64,000 bases of DNA from Calditrichaceae bacterium (GTDB lineage Bacteria > Calditrichota > Calditrichia > RBG-13-44-9 > J075), in the NCBI GenBank assembly GCA_013360445.1, contig JABWBP010000036.1, positions 322-64,321 of the forward strand, in the 5' to 3' direction. Shown here in pieces: positions 18,577 through 28,358 of the stretch (its first letter is position 1; every line of letters starts with the position of its first letter). Under the pieces are notes generated by a model. It was not told the DNA's origin. It saw only the letters and a program-made list of their open reading frames with translations, and ran no database searches. The translations under genes and the position numbers were made by a program.

Positions 18577-20496
18577 TCAAAATTCGATCTGCACCCCCAT
18601 CTCTACCACCCGGTAGGGGGGAATCCGGTAATGGAACACCACCCGCTGGGCGTTCCGCTCCATGAAGGAAAAAAGGTGCTTTCGCCATTTCGACATTTTG
18701 GGGGCAGAAGTAACCACCAGGCTCTTCTGGCTGGTAAAAAAAGTGGTCTCCATTTCTTTGTACTCGAAACCGGGGATGGCGATCTGCTTCAGCAGGCGGG
18801 GAACGTGGGGGGATTCCATGAACCCGTATTTCGCCACAATGCGGAAAAATCCTTCTCCCAGGATGGTTGCCTGCACCCGCTCCTCCATTGCCACCCGGGG
18901 AGATTCCATGGTGAGGATGGTCAGGAATACCACCCGCTGGTGCAGTATTTTGTTGTGTTTGAGATTGTGCAGGATGGAGCGGGGAACCCCGTCCACGTCG
19001 CTGCTCAAGTACACCGCGGCGCCGGCTACCCGTTGGGGAGGGTTTATGCGGATGCTTTCCAGGAATTCCTGATCGGAAAGGGCGATCGATTTTCTTTGAA
19101 CGCTCAGGATTTCCTGCCCGCGGATCCAGGTGGTTAACAACACAAAAATAACCATCGCCGCCAAAAAGGCAAACCAGCCGCCGTGGTGAATTTTTACGGT
19201 ATTGGAGAGCAGAAAGGCGGAATCGAAGAGCAGGAAAGGGACGATGGCGAACAAGGCTGCGCCGGCGCTCCATTTCCAATAGATCCGCGCGCAGTAATAC
19301 GCCAATACCGTGGTCAGCACCATGGTGGTTGAAACCGCGATGCCATAGGCTGCGGCCAGGTTGCCGGAGCTGCGGAAGCCTAACACCAGCCCGATGGTGC
19401 ACAGCATCAACAGCCAGTTTACCATGGGAACATAGATTTGCCCGATTTGCCTGGCGGAGGAGTGGCGAATTTCCATTCTCGGCAGGTATCCTAATTGCAG
19501 GGCCTGCCGGGTCAACGAAAACGCCCCGGAGATGACCGCCTGGGAAGCAATGATCGCCGCGGCGGTGGCCAGCGCCACCAGGGGATATAACGCCCAGGCA
19601 GGGGCCATGCGGAAGAAGGTATTCTTGACCGCCGAGGGATCGGTGAGGATCAGCGCGCCCTGGCCTAAGTAGTTCAACAGCAGGGCCGGGAAAACCATCG
19701 CGAACCAGCTAAAACGAATGGAGCGCACCCCGAAATGCCCCATGTCCGCATACACCGCTTCGCCGCCGGTTACGACCAGGAATACCGCTCCCAGCACCAG
19801 AAATCCCTCGAAGCCGTTATGGAGGAAGAAAGAAACCGCGTGTCGGGGATCGAAGGCTGCGAAAATTCCCGGTTCCCTGGCGATCCAGGAAATTCCCAGC
19901 GCCGCCAGCGCCCCGAACCAGAGCAGCATTACCGGGCCGAATACCCGCCCCACCTTTTCCGTGCCGTGGCGCTGGAATGTAAATAACCCGATGAGAATGC
20001 CCACGGCCGCGGGAATCACGAACGGCTCCAGCGCCGGGGTCAGGGTTTCCAGGCCATCCACGGCGCTCAACACCGTAATGGCCGGGGTGATCATGCCGTC
20101 GCCGTAGAGCAAAGCCGCGCCTAAGATGGCGGTGGCCTGCACCAAAAAGCCTAACTTCGGCTTTTTTTCCAGCCGGGAGTGAACCAGGGCCATCAGGGCG
20201 AAAACCCCGCCTTCGCCGCGGTTATCCGCGTTCATGATCAGAATGAGATATTTAATCGAGATGACCAGGATCAGCGACCAGATGATCAGGGAGAGCACTC
20301 CCAGCACGTTCTCAACCGAAACCGGCACGGGATGGGCTTCGGAAAAACACTCCCGCACCGCGTAAAGCGGGCTGGTGCCGATGTCTCCGTACACCACTCC
20401 TAACGCTCCCAGGGCCATCATCAGGAGCCGGGGACGAACGGAAGAGGAGTCTCCGGGCGATCTGGCATCCGGATTATTTTCTGCCGGGGTTTCCAA
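18577..20496 (-). CDS. kup: KUP/HAK/KT potassium uptake transporter
   Basis: N-terminal GALGVVYGDIGTSPLYA signature, 12 TM segments and a cytoplasmic C-terminal domain; 639 aa. Confidence 0.9.
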   Translation of the reverse strand: METPAENNPDARSPGDSSSVRPRLLMMALGALGVVYGDIGTSPLYAVRECFSEAHPVPVSVENVLGVLSLIIWSLILVISIKYLILIMNADNRGEGGVFALMALVHSRLEKKPKLGFLVQATAILGAALLYGDGMITPAITVLSAVDGLETLTPALEPFVIPAAVGILIGLFTFQRHGTEKVGRVFGPVMLLWFGALAALGISWIAREPGIFAAFDPRHAVSFFLHNGFEGFLVLGAVFLVVTGGEAVYADMGHFGVRSIRFSWFAMVFPALLLNYLGQGALILTDPSAVKNTFFRMAPAWALYPLVALATAAAIIASQAVISGAFSLTRQALQLGYLPRMEIRHSSARQIGQIYVPMVNWLLMLCTIGLVLGFRSSGNLAAAYGIAVSTTMVLTTVLAYYCARIYWKWSAGAALFAIVPFLLFDSAFLLSNTVKIHHGGWFAFLAAMVIFVLLTTWIRGQEILSVQRKSIALSDQEFLESIRINPPQRVAGAAVYLSSDVDGVPRSILHNLKHNKILHQRVVFLTILTMESPRVAMEERVQATILGEGFFRIVAKYGFMESPHVPRLLKQIAIPGFEYKEMETTFFTSQKSLVVTSAPKMSKWRKHLFSFMERNAQRVVFHYRIPPYRVVEMGVQIEF

Positions 20497-20530
20497 TGTT
20501 TACACATCCATAAACGTTGCGCCGGGTTTT

Positions 20531-21448
20531 TCAACTTCCGAAAATCCGGAAGTGTTTTTTTACCCAGTTTGCGCCGAAATAGCTGGTAATGATATATCCC
20601 AGGGTTTTCCAATTCCACTGGCTGCGCCGGAAATATTTCCGCGCCTTCTTCATCCGGCCGATTTTATAAAAATAGCGCGCGTAGGTGCCGTTTATCCGGC
20701 GGGCCGCCAGGGCGACCTCCTTGGGGTAGCGGTCTTCGTACTCTTCCAGGGTCATCAGGCTGTGGTAATGCGCCACCCTGCGGAAATAGGGATTGAGCGA
20801 GAGGTTGCTGCCGTACACGTGCCGGGTAATCAGGGGGACGCAGATTCTGGCCGCGGGCTGCCCGGCGGTCAATTTCAAAAGATAGTCGAAGTCGCAGACC
20901 CCGAAATTTTCTTCGAAGCGAATCCGCTTGAGATCGCGGTGAAACAGGAGCGAAGAGATCAAGGCGAGGGGGCTTTGGGAGTCTTTTTCCCAGCGAAGCA
21001 GGCGCAGGAACACCTGGTTGGGTTCATAAAAGAGCACTTTGCCGGAGCGGTCGCTGAAATAATCGGTTTTACCGGTAAGCTGATCCAGGATTTCAAAATC
21101 GCAGAAAACCAGCGCCGCCCGGTCGATGAGTTCCAGTTGGCGTTGTAATTTTGCCGGATGCCACTCGTCGTCCTGGTCGATCAGGGCAATAAAATCGCCG
21201 GCGGCGGCTTCCAACCCCAAATTCCGCCCGGCGCTCGGCCCCCCGGTGTTGCGGGGAGTTCTAAGGGCGATCACATCTTTCTCCGCCCGCAGCAGTTCCC
21301 AGGTGCCGTCGCTGCTGTGGTCGTCAGCGGCAATGATTTCAAGCTCGTACAGTTTGCCTGCTCCCTCCTGCCGCCGCAAAGAGTTCAAGCAGCGCGGGAT
21401 TACCTCCGCGCCGTTATAGGTGGGAATGACCACGCTGATTTTTCGCAT
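20531..21448 (-). CDS. Glycosyltransferase family 2
   Basis: MRKISVVIPTYNGAEVIPRCLNSLRRQ with the DxD region IIAADDHSSDGT. Starts at the internal ATG at 21448. Confidence 0.75.
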   Translation of the reverse strand: MRKISVVIPTYNGAEVIPRCLNSLRRQEGAGKLYELEIIAADDHSSDGTWELLRAEKDVIALRTPRNTGGPSAGRNLGLEAAAGDFIALIDQDDEWHPAKLQRQLELIDRAALVFCDFEILDQLTGKTDYFSDRSGKVLFYEPNQVFLRLLRWEKDSQSPLALISSLLFHRDLKRIRFEENFGVCDFDYLLKLTAGQPAARICVPLITRHVYGSNLSLNPYFRRVAHYHSLMTLEEYEDRYPKEVALAARRINGTYARYFYKIGRMKKARKYFRRSQWNWKTLGYIITSYFGANWVKKHFRIFGS

Positions 21449-21714
21449 ATCCTGAACCTTCGTATCTGGCGCAAAATTTATGAATGAGAAGCCACCCGGG
21501 GGTAATAAATAATAACAGAACCCGGGCAGCATCAGGCGGGTTATCAGCCCGGCATCCGGGGTTGAAAAACGCAAGGTAAAATGGGATGCTGAAATTGCGG
21601 GGAACGAAAAATATCATACTCGCGAGAATAAAGAATCGGGAAAGACAGGAGATACCCCCCCGGGGAGCAATAGCCCCCTCGGGAGGTAAAAAAATCTGTG
21701 TTGGGGAAGGTATT

Positions 21715-22014
21715 TTACCAGTACTGCCCGCCGCCTCGCCGGTTGCCTCCCTTGCCGCCGCGGCGTTTGTCCGACTTCGGGCGCGCTTCGCTGATCTTTA
21801 GCGTGCTTCCTTTCAGCTCCTGGCCGTTCAATGCTTTCATGGCCGTATCTGCTTCGGCATTGTTGGGCATTTCCACAAAGCCAAAACCTCTTGATAAGCC
21901 GCTGAAGTTATCTTTGATGACTTTTGCCGAGGCCACTTCGCCATAGGCTTCAAAAGCTCCGCGCAAATCTTCATCCGTAACTTCACGCGCTAAATTGCCG
22001 ATGTACATGTTCAT
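21715..22014 (-). CDS. RRM-domain RNA-binding protein with a Gly/Arg-rich tail
   Basis: RNP2 IYIGNL and RNP1 RGFGFVEM, with a C-terminal RRGGKGGNRRGGG tail; 99 aa. Confidence 0.85.
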   Translation of the reverse strand: MNMYIGNLAREVTDEDLRGAFEAYGEVASAKVIKDNFSGLSRGFGFVEMPNNAEADTAMKALNGQELKGSTLKISEARPKSDKRRGGKGGNRRGGGQYW

Positions 22015-22212
22015 CTGTTTCTCCGTTGAACCAAGTTTTCAGATTCCTACAAAAAAAAGGCGGCACTGTTGAGTGTCGCCTTTTTAAATTTTTTCGCTGA
22101 TGACTTAGTAAAATCGTTAGCCTGTTCAGCCAACCTATCCATTGAAAAAGAGCACCATACCTGTTTTTTTGTGACTCTTTTTGAATTTACTAAGGATTCA
22201 CATCACTTCACC

Positions 22213-22425
22213 TTACAAGACAACCACATCTTGTGCCTGGCGGCCTTTCTTGCCTTCTCCAATGGTGAATTCAACTTCCTGTCCTTCTTCCAGGGTGCGA
22301 TAGCCGCCGTTATCCCGAATGGAAGTGTAGTGGACGAAAAGATCTTCGCCTTCGCCGTTGGAGATAAAACCATAGCCTTTGCTGGCATTAAACCACTTCA
22401 CAACTCCGTGTACTCGATCTGACAT
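22213..22425 (-). CDS. cspA: Cold-shock protein (CspA family)
   Basis: [12 protein letters not shown] and [12 protein letters not shown] motifs; 70 aa. A roughly 210-bp leader lies upstream (22426-22635), as is typical for csp genes. Confidence 0.9.
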   Translation of the reverse strand: MSDRVHGVVKWFNASKGYGFISNGEGEDLFVHYTSIRDNGGYRTLEEGQEVEFTIGEGKKGRQAQDVVVL

Positions 22426-22635
22426 TACTACTTCTCCTTAAACTATAAGATTGTAACAGTTAATTAATTTAGGGCATTCAAGACTGGTATGATAACGCAG
22501 GCCGGAATTCCTAAAAGAACGGCTAAAAGTAAGCCAAGCATTTTATTTTGTCAAGAAAAATAAATAAATTTATTGCGATATGCCGGATACCGGATAAGCA
22601 CGAGTAATTGGGCGACCGGCATCCGGAATCCGGCA

Positions 22636-24249
22636 TCAGATCAGGCTTTCGATCCGCTCTATCACCGGGTAAACGTTGGCGGTCAGCCAGCGCGGGTCGG
22701 TTTGCTCGTCGAAGGCGATCTGTTTGTAAGACCGGTCGATCCAGTAGAGAAGCAGGGTTGTGAAGGGATTGACGGGCGTTGTCCCCGTCGCTGCAAAATA
22801 ATCGCGGCAGAGGGGAAAAAACTCCTCGCCGGGCTGCCCGGCGCTCTTCAGCAAACCGGGAAGGCTTAAGCGATGGCGCTGGCGGATGCTCCTTCCCAAC
22901 AGGCTGGCAATGTCCACCAGGGCCAGCTCATCGCGGCTGCCCATGTCCCAGTCGATAATCCCGGCGACGTTCCCCCGGGAATCGAAGAGGCAGTTCCCGA
23001 TCTTGAAATCGCCGTGCGCCAGGCCGGCAAGCATTTTTTTGTCCCGCAATTCCGCAAACAGAAATTCAGCGATGCGCTGCATGGCGGCGCGGTTTTGCGG
23101 GTGCGCCGGCAATTTGCCTTCGATTGCCGCTAATTTCGGCTGAATGTAGGCGTTGAATTCTCCTTCCCGGAACGCCATCACCCGCCCGAATTGCTGGTGA
23201 ATCTGCCGGATCGCTTCCTGGGTTTTACGAAACAGCTCCAGCGCCGCTTCCCGGCTTCCTTCGGTAAAGGCCCTTTCCATGCTCCTGCCGGAAATTCCCT
23301 CCTCCACGTATGCGGGCAGCGCCGGTTCCGGGTGCAATGCTACCGGGCGGGGCGTGAGCGCGGCGCCCTGTTGATGTAAGAAATTAGCCAAAGAAGCCTG
23401 GTTCTGAACCCGTTGCAGGGAGTGTTCGGTTAAGGGAAAGCGGATGAAACAGGTTTTCTGCCCGTTCGAAACCCGCAGCAGCAGCACCCCGGTGGTGGAG
23501 ATGTACGCCTGGCGCAGAAACCGCGCCGGGGCAGCGGAAGCCGCCACGGCAGGGAATAGTTGCCGGATGGCCTTCCCGGCTAACCCTCCTTCTCTCGCGC
23601 CGGGCGAAGCGCTGCCGGCGGCGCTGGCGACGATCACTTGGGGATGGGCTTGCAGGTAAAAAAAGCCTTTTCGAAGCAGGCGGCGCTTCAAGGGAGATTC
23701 GCTGAGGGCGGGAATATCCGTTCCGAATCCCGGCAGCACTAAGTACCGGGGCTTGCTCAGGCCCGGTTCGATGAGGAAATGCCAGTCTGCGGAAAAACCT
23801 CCCCGGCCCAGCCGGCTTAGCAACTCCCGCTCCCGCGGGAACGAACCCCGCCGCCATCCGAAATACCAGGGGAGATTCCTCCATACCTCGCGACCGGAAG
23901 CCGCCCAGTCTAACCAGATAATGCTCCCCCGCGGCGCGAGCAATTCATGCACCCGCGATAAAATGCCGGTTCCCCGGCTATGCTCCAGGTCGATGCAGAT
24001 CGCATCGAAATGCCCCCGGAAGCCGGTAAAATTCTCCGGGGTGATGAATTCTACCGGCGCCGCCGCAGCCTGGCGGAAGCGCTTCTCCGCGCTGCGGGCC
24101 GGCCAGAAGACCGGCTCGATCCCCAAAAAATTGAAGGGGATTTGCATGCGTTCGGGATGGTCGGTCACCATCAGCAGGCGAGCGCCCGGCCGCGCCGCGG
24201 TAAAGTAGAGAAACGGGAAGAGGGTGTAAGAGCGTTCCAGGAAGGTCAT
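22636..24249 (-). CDS. Two-domain protein: N-terminal Rossmann/methyltransferase-like domain fused to an APH/ChoK-type phosphotransferase (kinase) domain
   Basis: The C-terminal half carries the kinase catalytic loop LAHGDFKIGNCLF and the metal-binding IIDWDMGS (DxD in place of DFG). The N-terminal roughly 250 aa has MTase-like strand motifs (FDAICIDLEH, GSIIWLDW). It is the last gene of the polysaccharide block. Confidence 0.55.
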   Translation of the reverse strand: MTFLERSYTLFPFLYFTAARPGARLLMVTDHPERMQIPFNFLGIEPVFWPARSAEKRFRQAAAAPVEFITPENFTGFRGHFDAICIDLEHSRGTGILSRVHELLAPRGSIIWLDWAASGREVWRNLPWYFGWRRGSFPRERELLSRLGRGGFSADWHFLIEPGLSKPRYLVLPGFGTDIPALSESPLKRRLLRKGFFYLQAHPQVIVASAAGSASPGAREGGLAGKAIRQLFPAVAASAAPARFLRQAYISTTGVLLLRVSNGQKTCFIRFPLTEHSLQRVQNQASLANFLHQQGAALTPRPVALHPEPALPAYVEEGISGRSMERAFTEGSREAALELFRKTQEAIRQIHQQFGRVMAFREGEFNAYIQPKLAAIEGKLPAHPQNRAAMQRIAEFLFAELRDKKMLAGLAHGDFKIGNCLFDSRGNVAGIIDWDMGSRDELALVDIASLLGRSIRQRHRLSLPGLLKSAGQPGEEFFPLCRDYFAATGTTPVNPFTTLLLYWIDRSYKQIAFDEQTDPRWLTANVYPVIERIESLI

Positions 24250-24255
24250 GGAGTA

Positions 24256-24284
24256 GGTTTTGAGTTTTGAGTTGCGAGTTTAGA
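24256..24284. repeat. GAGTTTTGAGTTGCGAGTT-family tandem repeat immediately 5' of the 22636..24249 start codon
   Basis: catg|gagtaggttttgagttttgagttgcgagttt, where cat is the start codon on the minus strand. The same unit recurs at 35881-35915 and 38711-38798. Confidence 0.6.
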
Positions 24285-24325
24285 ACCCACTGAAAATGTT
24301 TCCCGCTCCGAATACGCCGAGCAGG

Positions 24326-24432
24326 CTAATGACCATCAATGACGCGCCGCCCCAACGGGGCAAGCCAATGACAGCGAAGATTAATAACGGCGAAGCCTAA
24401 TGACAGCGAAGCCAAATGAACAATAATGACTC
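24326..24432. repeat. AATGACAGCGAAGCC-family tandem repeat (partial array)
   Basis: ctaatgaccatcaatgacgcgccgc..gccaatgacagcgaag..aataacggcgaagcctaatgacagcgaagccaaatgaa. The same 14-15-mer family forms the large inverted array at 34328-34562. Confidence 0.6.
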
Positions 24433-25462
24433 AAAGAACCCCGCACAAGGCCGCCTCGAACACCGGGAGGGACATCTTCAGGCTGATGTTTACCCGGCGA
24501 AGCTGGTAGCGGTCGGTTTCCGCGGTGTTGAAATGCGGCACCTGGGTAAACGCGCAGCGATAACCGAGCTGCTGCAACTGCCGGATTTGCACTTCCGAGT
24601 AGTTCTCCCGCTCTCCGTTGGGGTAGCTCATGGTCAAACAGGGCTGGCCGGTCTGCTGTTCGATCAGCTTGCGGGAAACGCGCAATTCCCCCAGGCTCTC
24701 TTCCTCGCTCAGGGTCGCCAGCATCGGGTGGGTGTGAGTATGGGAGCCGATCACCTGCCCGGCGCGCGCCATTTCCCGCACTTCGTCCCAGGTCATGAAC
24801 AGGTAGCGCTCCTCTTCTTCCGGCTGCACCGTTAGGGGAACGTCGGAAAGCTGGGCTTTCATGTGCCCCAGCACTTCCTGGCGGCGGCGCAGGGGCGCAA
24901 CTTTCAAATATTTGCGGATGGCCAGCGAGGCATGTTCCCTTTGCGCCGGCGCGCCTAAGGGAAACGAGTGCGGCCGCTCAAGCTCCACCTCTACTTTCTC
25001 CCGGCGGGTTTTTTCTAACAAACGGGTAACCTGCTCGGTCCAGAGGAATTCCCGGGTATCGATCAAATGGGTGGTGATGAAAAAGCAGCCTTGCAGCCCG
25101 TATTTTTTCAAAATCGGCAGGGCATGGAGGTAGTTGTTGCGAAAACCGTCGTCAAAAGTGATCAGGAAACCGCCGGCCAGATTTCCCCCCGGCTCATAGA
25201 AATCTTCCGCCCGCAGCGGGCGATAGCGGCGCAATAAGAATTGGATTTGCTGTTCGAACTGGCCGGCGGTGACGAAGTTCCGGTACTGGAAGTCTCCGTT
25301 TCCGGGAGGTTTTTCCGGCAGCACCCCGTGGTAAGTCAGCGCCACCGCTTTCCCGCGGTGTTTCCGGCGCAGGGAGCGGTACAGGCCTAATTTCCCCAGG
25401 CTGCTGAATCCGATATATTTTACCAGATCATTCATGCGTTTTTTTTCCGAATATGCGTTCAT
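24431..25462 (-). CDS. Polysaccharide deacetylase family protein (NodB homology domain)
   Basis: FLITFDDGFRNNY (NodB motif 1, TFDDG) and GSHTHTHP (motif 2 His cluster). 343 aa. The alternative ATG at 25435 would reduce the overlap with the upstream gene. Confidence 0.7.
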   Translation of the reverse strand: MNAYSEKKRMNDLVKYIGFSSLGKLGLYRSLRRKHRGKAVALTYHGVLPEKPPGNGDFQYRNFVTAGQFEQQIQFLLRRYRPLRAEDFYEPGGNLAGGFLITFDDGFRNNYLHALPILKKYGLQGCFFITTHLIDTREFLWTEQVTRLLEKTRREKVEVELERPHSFPLGAPAQREHASLAIRKYLKVAPLRRRQEVLGHMKAQLSDVPLTVQPEEEERYLFMTWDEVREMARAGQVIGSHTHTHPMLATLSEEESLGELRVSRKLIEQQTGQPCLTMSYPNGERENYSEVQIRQLQQLGYRCAFTQVPHFNTAETDRYQLRRVNISLKMSLPVFEAALCGVL

Positions 25463-27194
25463 GGATGGTGGTGCGAAAGCTCCAGATCGCTTCCCGGTCG
25501 CCGGTTTGATACGCCAGGCGATGCGCCGCCGATTCCGCGGGGGTGAATGCGCCGCGACTCCTGGCTAACTCTAACAACCGGGTATCGTCGATGGCGCGTT
25601 TCAGCAATTTCAAGCGCAGGGAGGGGTAAATCCCCTTCTCTCCCCCCGCCTCAATCGCGTAGAAGATGAAATCCGATCCCTTGCCGGCGTGCAGCTCCCG
25701 GGCCACCGATTTCCAGGCCATAAAACCGCTCCACTCCTGCTCCCGGGCGCGATAGATGCGCTGAAAGGCGCGCGGGCTTCCCTCGGCGATCAGGGGGGTT
25801 TCCGAATAAATCCACACCTCTTTTCCCGCGGCCAGCAGCTTCCGCGCTTCCTGCGCCGCCGCTTCGCCGTTCAGGGAGTGGCCGGAGATGACCCAGATAT
25901 CCACCGCTTCGAGGATTTTATCGCCCCCGTTCACCCGGAAATCTTTGTCGCGATTTCCCCGGTGCTCATCGCAATAAAAATGGGAAATATCCACCCGGAA
26001 GCGCACTTTGAGCGCCCCGCTCTCCGCCTGCGGGCGGGCATTTGCCGCAAATACCCGGTGGGTCAGCTCCGCGTAGTAGCGCAACGCCTGGTAATCATCC
26101 ACTCCCTTGGGTTCATCCAAATTCCAGGGGATTTCGTTCCCTTTTCCGGGCTTCTGGTTGCAATAGACCTGGAAAATGGTGCGGGTCCATCCCTTTTCGG
26201 TAAAGTGGCGGATATACTCCCGGGCAAACGCCGTCCAGATTTGTTCGTACTGCTCCCGGTCGGAGAGATACAATTTGAAGGGAGCCGGCCAGTCCGGGTT
26301 GAAGGGGAGGTAAAAATGGCGCAGCGGGACGCCGTCTGCAAAAGCGCTGCCGTCGAAATAGGGGCCGAAGCGGGCGTCGAATTCCGACCAGTCTAATTGG
26401 GGATGGAGCAAATCATAGTTGAGAACCTTAGGAACCAGACCCTCCCGCGCTTCCCCGCTCTGGCTCTCGTAAGGCAGGGGATTGATGACCCCGTAATGGT
26501 CGCGCCCCATCCGGAAAACCACCTGCTCCAGCCGGGCGAGTTCCTGCGGGGAAAAGCTCTTGCGGAAGGGGTAGAGGTATTTATCGCCGTACTCGTTCAA
26601 ATCCAACAGCAAGCGCGGGGGCGGCAGGGCGGCGCCATGAACCGTGAGATTGACGGTTACCGCCTGGTTGATCTTCTCCCCGGAAATGCGCAGAGTGAAG
26701 GCGTACTCTCCCGCCGGGGTTTGCGCCGCCAGGGGAATTTCTACCCAGATAACCTGCCAGGCGCTCCCCGCCGGAACCACTTGCGCGTCTTTGACCATGC
26801 TGAAGCGGTCCCCGGGAGCATTTCCCGGCAGGGGAACCAGCAGGTCCGGAAAGTAGCGGTTTTCCAGCTCCGGCACTTTTACCGAGCCAACCTGGTAGAG
26901 GGTGCAGGGAAAGGCGGAGGGGTTCTCCAAATGGATCTGCAGCCAGGGTTCCGGCGGGAGTACGAGTTGGAAGGCCGCGGTCTCCCCCGGCACTGCGGAG
27001 AGGCGCAGGGAACCGCGCTCATCCACCAGGTTGAAACGCTCGCGCAAGGTTTCCACGGTCTGGCCGTTTCCCTGCACCAGCGCCCCGCTCACCGGGTTGA
27101 TCTTGAATTCGGGGATAAAAGCAATGGGGCGATCCTGCGCCAGCAACGGCGCGGCGCAAAACAGTAATACGGAGAGAATTCGGTCTAAGAGCAT
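25428..27194 (-). CDS. Secreted hypothetical protein (588 aa) inside the polysaccharide locus
   Basis: Signal peptide MLLDRILSVLLFCAAPLLAQ. No recognisable catalytic motif. A glycoside-hydrolase or lyase-like tailoring or degradative role is only a guess. Confidence 0.45.
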   Translation of the reverse strand: MLLDRILSVLLFCAAPLLAQDRPIAFIPEFKINPVSGALVQGNGQTVETLRERFNLVDERGSLRLSAVPGETAAFQLVLPPEPWLQIHLENPSAFPCTLYQVGSVKVPELENRYFPDLLVPLPGNAPGDRFSMVKDAQVVPAGSAWQVIWVEIPLAAQTPAGEYAFTLRISGEKINQAVTVNLTVHGAALPPPRLLLDLNEYGDKYLYPFRKSFSPQELARLEQVVFRMGRDHYGVINPLPYESQSGEAREGLVPKVLNYDLLHPQLDWSEFDARFGPYFDGSAFADGVPLRHFYLPFNPDWPAPFKLYLSDREQYEQIWTAFAREYIRHFTEKGWTRTIFQVYCNQKPGKGNEIPWNLDEPKGVDDYQALRYYAELTHRVFAANARPQAESGALKVRFRVDISHFYCDEHRGNRDKDFRVNGGDKILEAVDIWVISGHSLNGEAAAQEARKLLAAGKEVWIYSETPLIAEGSPRAFQRIYRAREQEWSGFMAWKSVARELHAGKGSDFIFYAIEAGGEKGIYPSLRLKLLKRAIDDTRLLELARSRGAFTPAESAAHRLAYQTGDREAIWSFRTTIHERIFGKKTHE

Positions 27195-27232
27195 TGTTAA
27201 GTGTTATGGTATTTTAGTGTTTGCTTCGGAGT

Positions 27233-27250
27233 GCAACGCTTCAGCGTTGC
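27233..27250. terminator. Hairpin overlapping the stop codon of 27241..28299 (gcaacgcTTCAgcgttgc)
   Basis: Perfect 7-bp stem with a TTCA loop, the same loop as the 9621-9758 hairpins. On the minus strand it is followed by aacactaaaataccataacac (the AACACTATAACACC family). Confidence 0.4.
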
Positions 27251-28299
27251 TTTTCATGGTTATCCCGCATCGGATTGGTCAGTAAATCATCCAGCATCTT
27301 CAATTCCTTGCGCATCACCCGGCGGTTATAGAATTTTTCGGCAAACCCCTGCTTCCAGAACCGGGTGATTCCATTCAGATGGGTGAGGATGTGGCGGATC
27401 ATCAGGCAGCGGAAGACGCGGCGCTGATCCGCCCCTGGGTCGCCAAAGCCCTCTAACAGCGCGCGCTGCAGCTGCCCGACCACGCTGCGGCGGTATTGGG
27501 GTTTGCCGGTGAGCAGTTGGAGCTGAAAATAGAGCTTGCTGACGTCTAACAGGTAGGATTCTTTCACCAGCCGCCCGAAATCCAGCACCGTTACGGTATC
27601 TCCGTCCACCAGGATATTGCCGGGGTTAAAATCGCTATGGCTCAGGCTGACCAGCAAGTCCTCCGGGGTAAAGCGGGTTTTTTGCTGCGCCATAAACGCC
27701 AAAACCCGCTCGCGAAGAACCGGGTCAAAGCGCCGCCGGGGGTCTTCGGCGAGGATTTTAAGGCGCACGTCCATGTATTCCATTAAGCTCTCCGGCGAAT
27801 AGGTTTCCCCCGGTTCCGCTAAAATCGAGTGTTTGTAGCGCAGCCAGGCCCCGGTATTGCGCAGGCAGCGTTCGAGCTGCCGCAGCGCTGCCGGGGAAGG
27901 GAAATAGCGCGCATTCTTCAGCACCAGTTGAAACAGGCTCTCCCCCCTGCTCTCCTCGGTTACGGAAATGAACTGTTCCGGGATCGCCAGCAGCGGTTTT
28001 ACCACCCGGAATTGCGGGGAACCGGCGAATTTTTGATACCAGTAAAGTGCGTTTTGGTGCTCTTTCTCGACTTTCTGGCGATAGACTTCCGGGGGCTTGT
28101 TTTTCAGGTTGCGGTAACGTTTGATGAAAACCACCCGGGCGTCGCGCTCCCCCTGCACCCGGCAGCGGGCAATGAAGGAAAAGGGCCGGGTGATATACTG
28201 CAACACCTCCAGCCGCCGGAATTCCCCGATGGGCAGGGATTCCTCCCAGCGGCTGGGCGGGATGGAAAAGATAAGCTCATTGAGTTGCGATTTCTGCAT
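27241..28299 (-). CDS. APH/protein-kinase-like-fold phosphotransferase
   Basis: Catalytic loop LSHSDFNPGNILV and Mg-binding VLDFGRL; 352 aa. The substrate is unknown (a sugar or lipid kinase is plausible in this context). Confidence 0.55.
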   Translation of the reverse strand: MQKSQLNELIFSIPPSRWEESLPIGEFRRLEVLQYITRPFSFIARCRVQGERDARVVFIKRYRNLKNKPPEVYRQKVEKEHQNALYWYQKFAGSPQFRVVKPLLAIPEQFISVTEESRGESLFQLVLKNARYFPSPAALRQLERCLRNTGAWLRYKHSILAEPGETYSPESLMEYMDVRLKILAEDPRRRFDPVLRERVLAFMAQQKTRFTPEDLLVSLSHSDFNPGNILVDGDTVTVLDFGRLVKESYLLDVSKLYFQLQLLTGKPQYRRSVVGQLQRALLEGFGDPGADQRRVFRCLMIRHILTHLNGITRFWKQGFAEKFYNRRVMRKELKMLDDLLTNPMRDNHEKQR

Positions 28300-28300
28300 G

Positions 28301-28358
28301 GTCTAAGTGAGCTAAAGTGATCTAAAGTGACTAAAGTGAGCTAAAGTGGCTAAAGTGT
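28301..28358. repeat. Six tandem copies of (g/t)CTAAAGTGA immediately 5' of the kinase-like gene ATG
   Basis: gtctaagtgagctaaagtgatctaaagtgactaaagtgagctaaagtggctaaagtg starts 2 nt from the start codon at 28297-28299 on the minus strand. A second array, ATCCATCAATCCACTA x2 at 28384-28450, lies further upstream. Confidence 0.65.
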
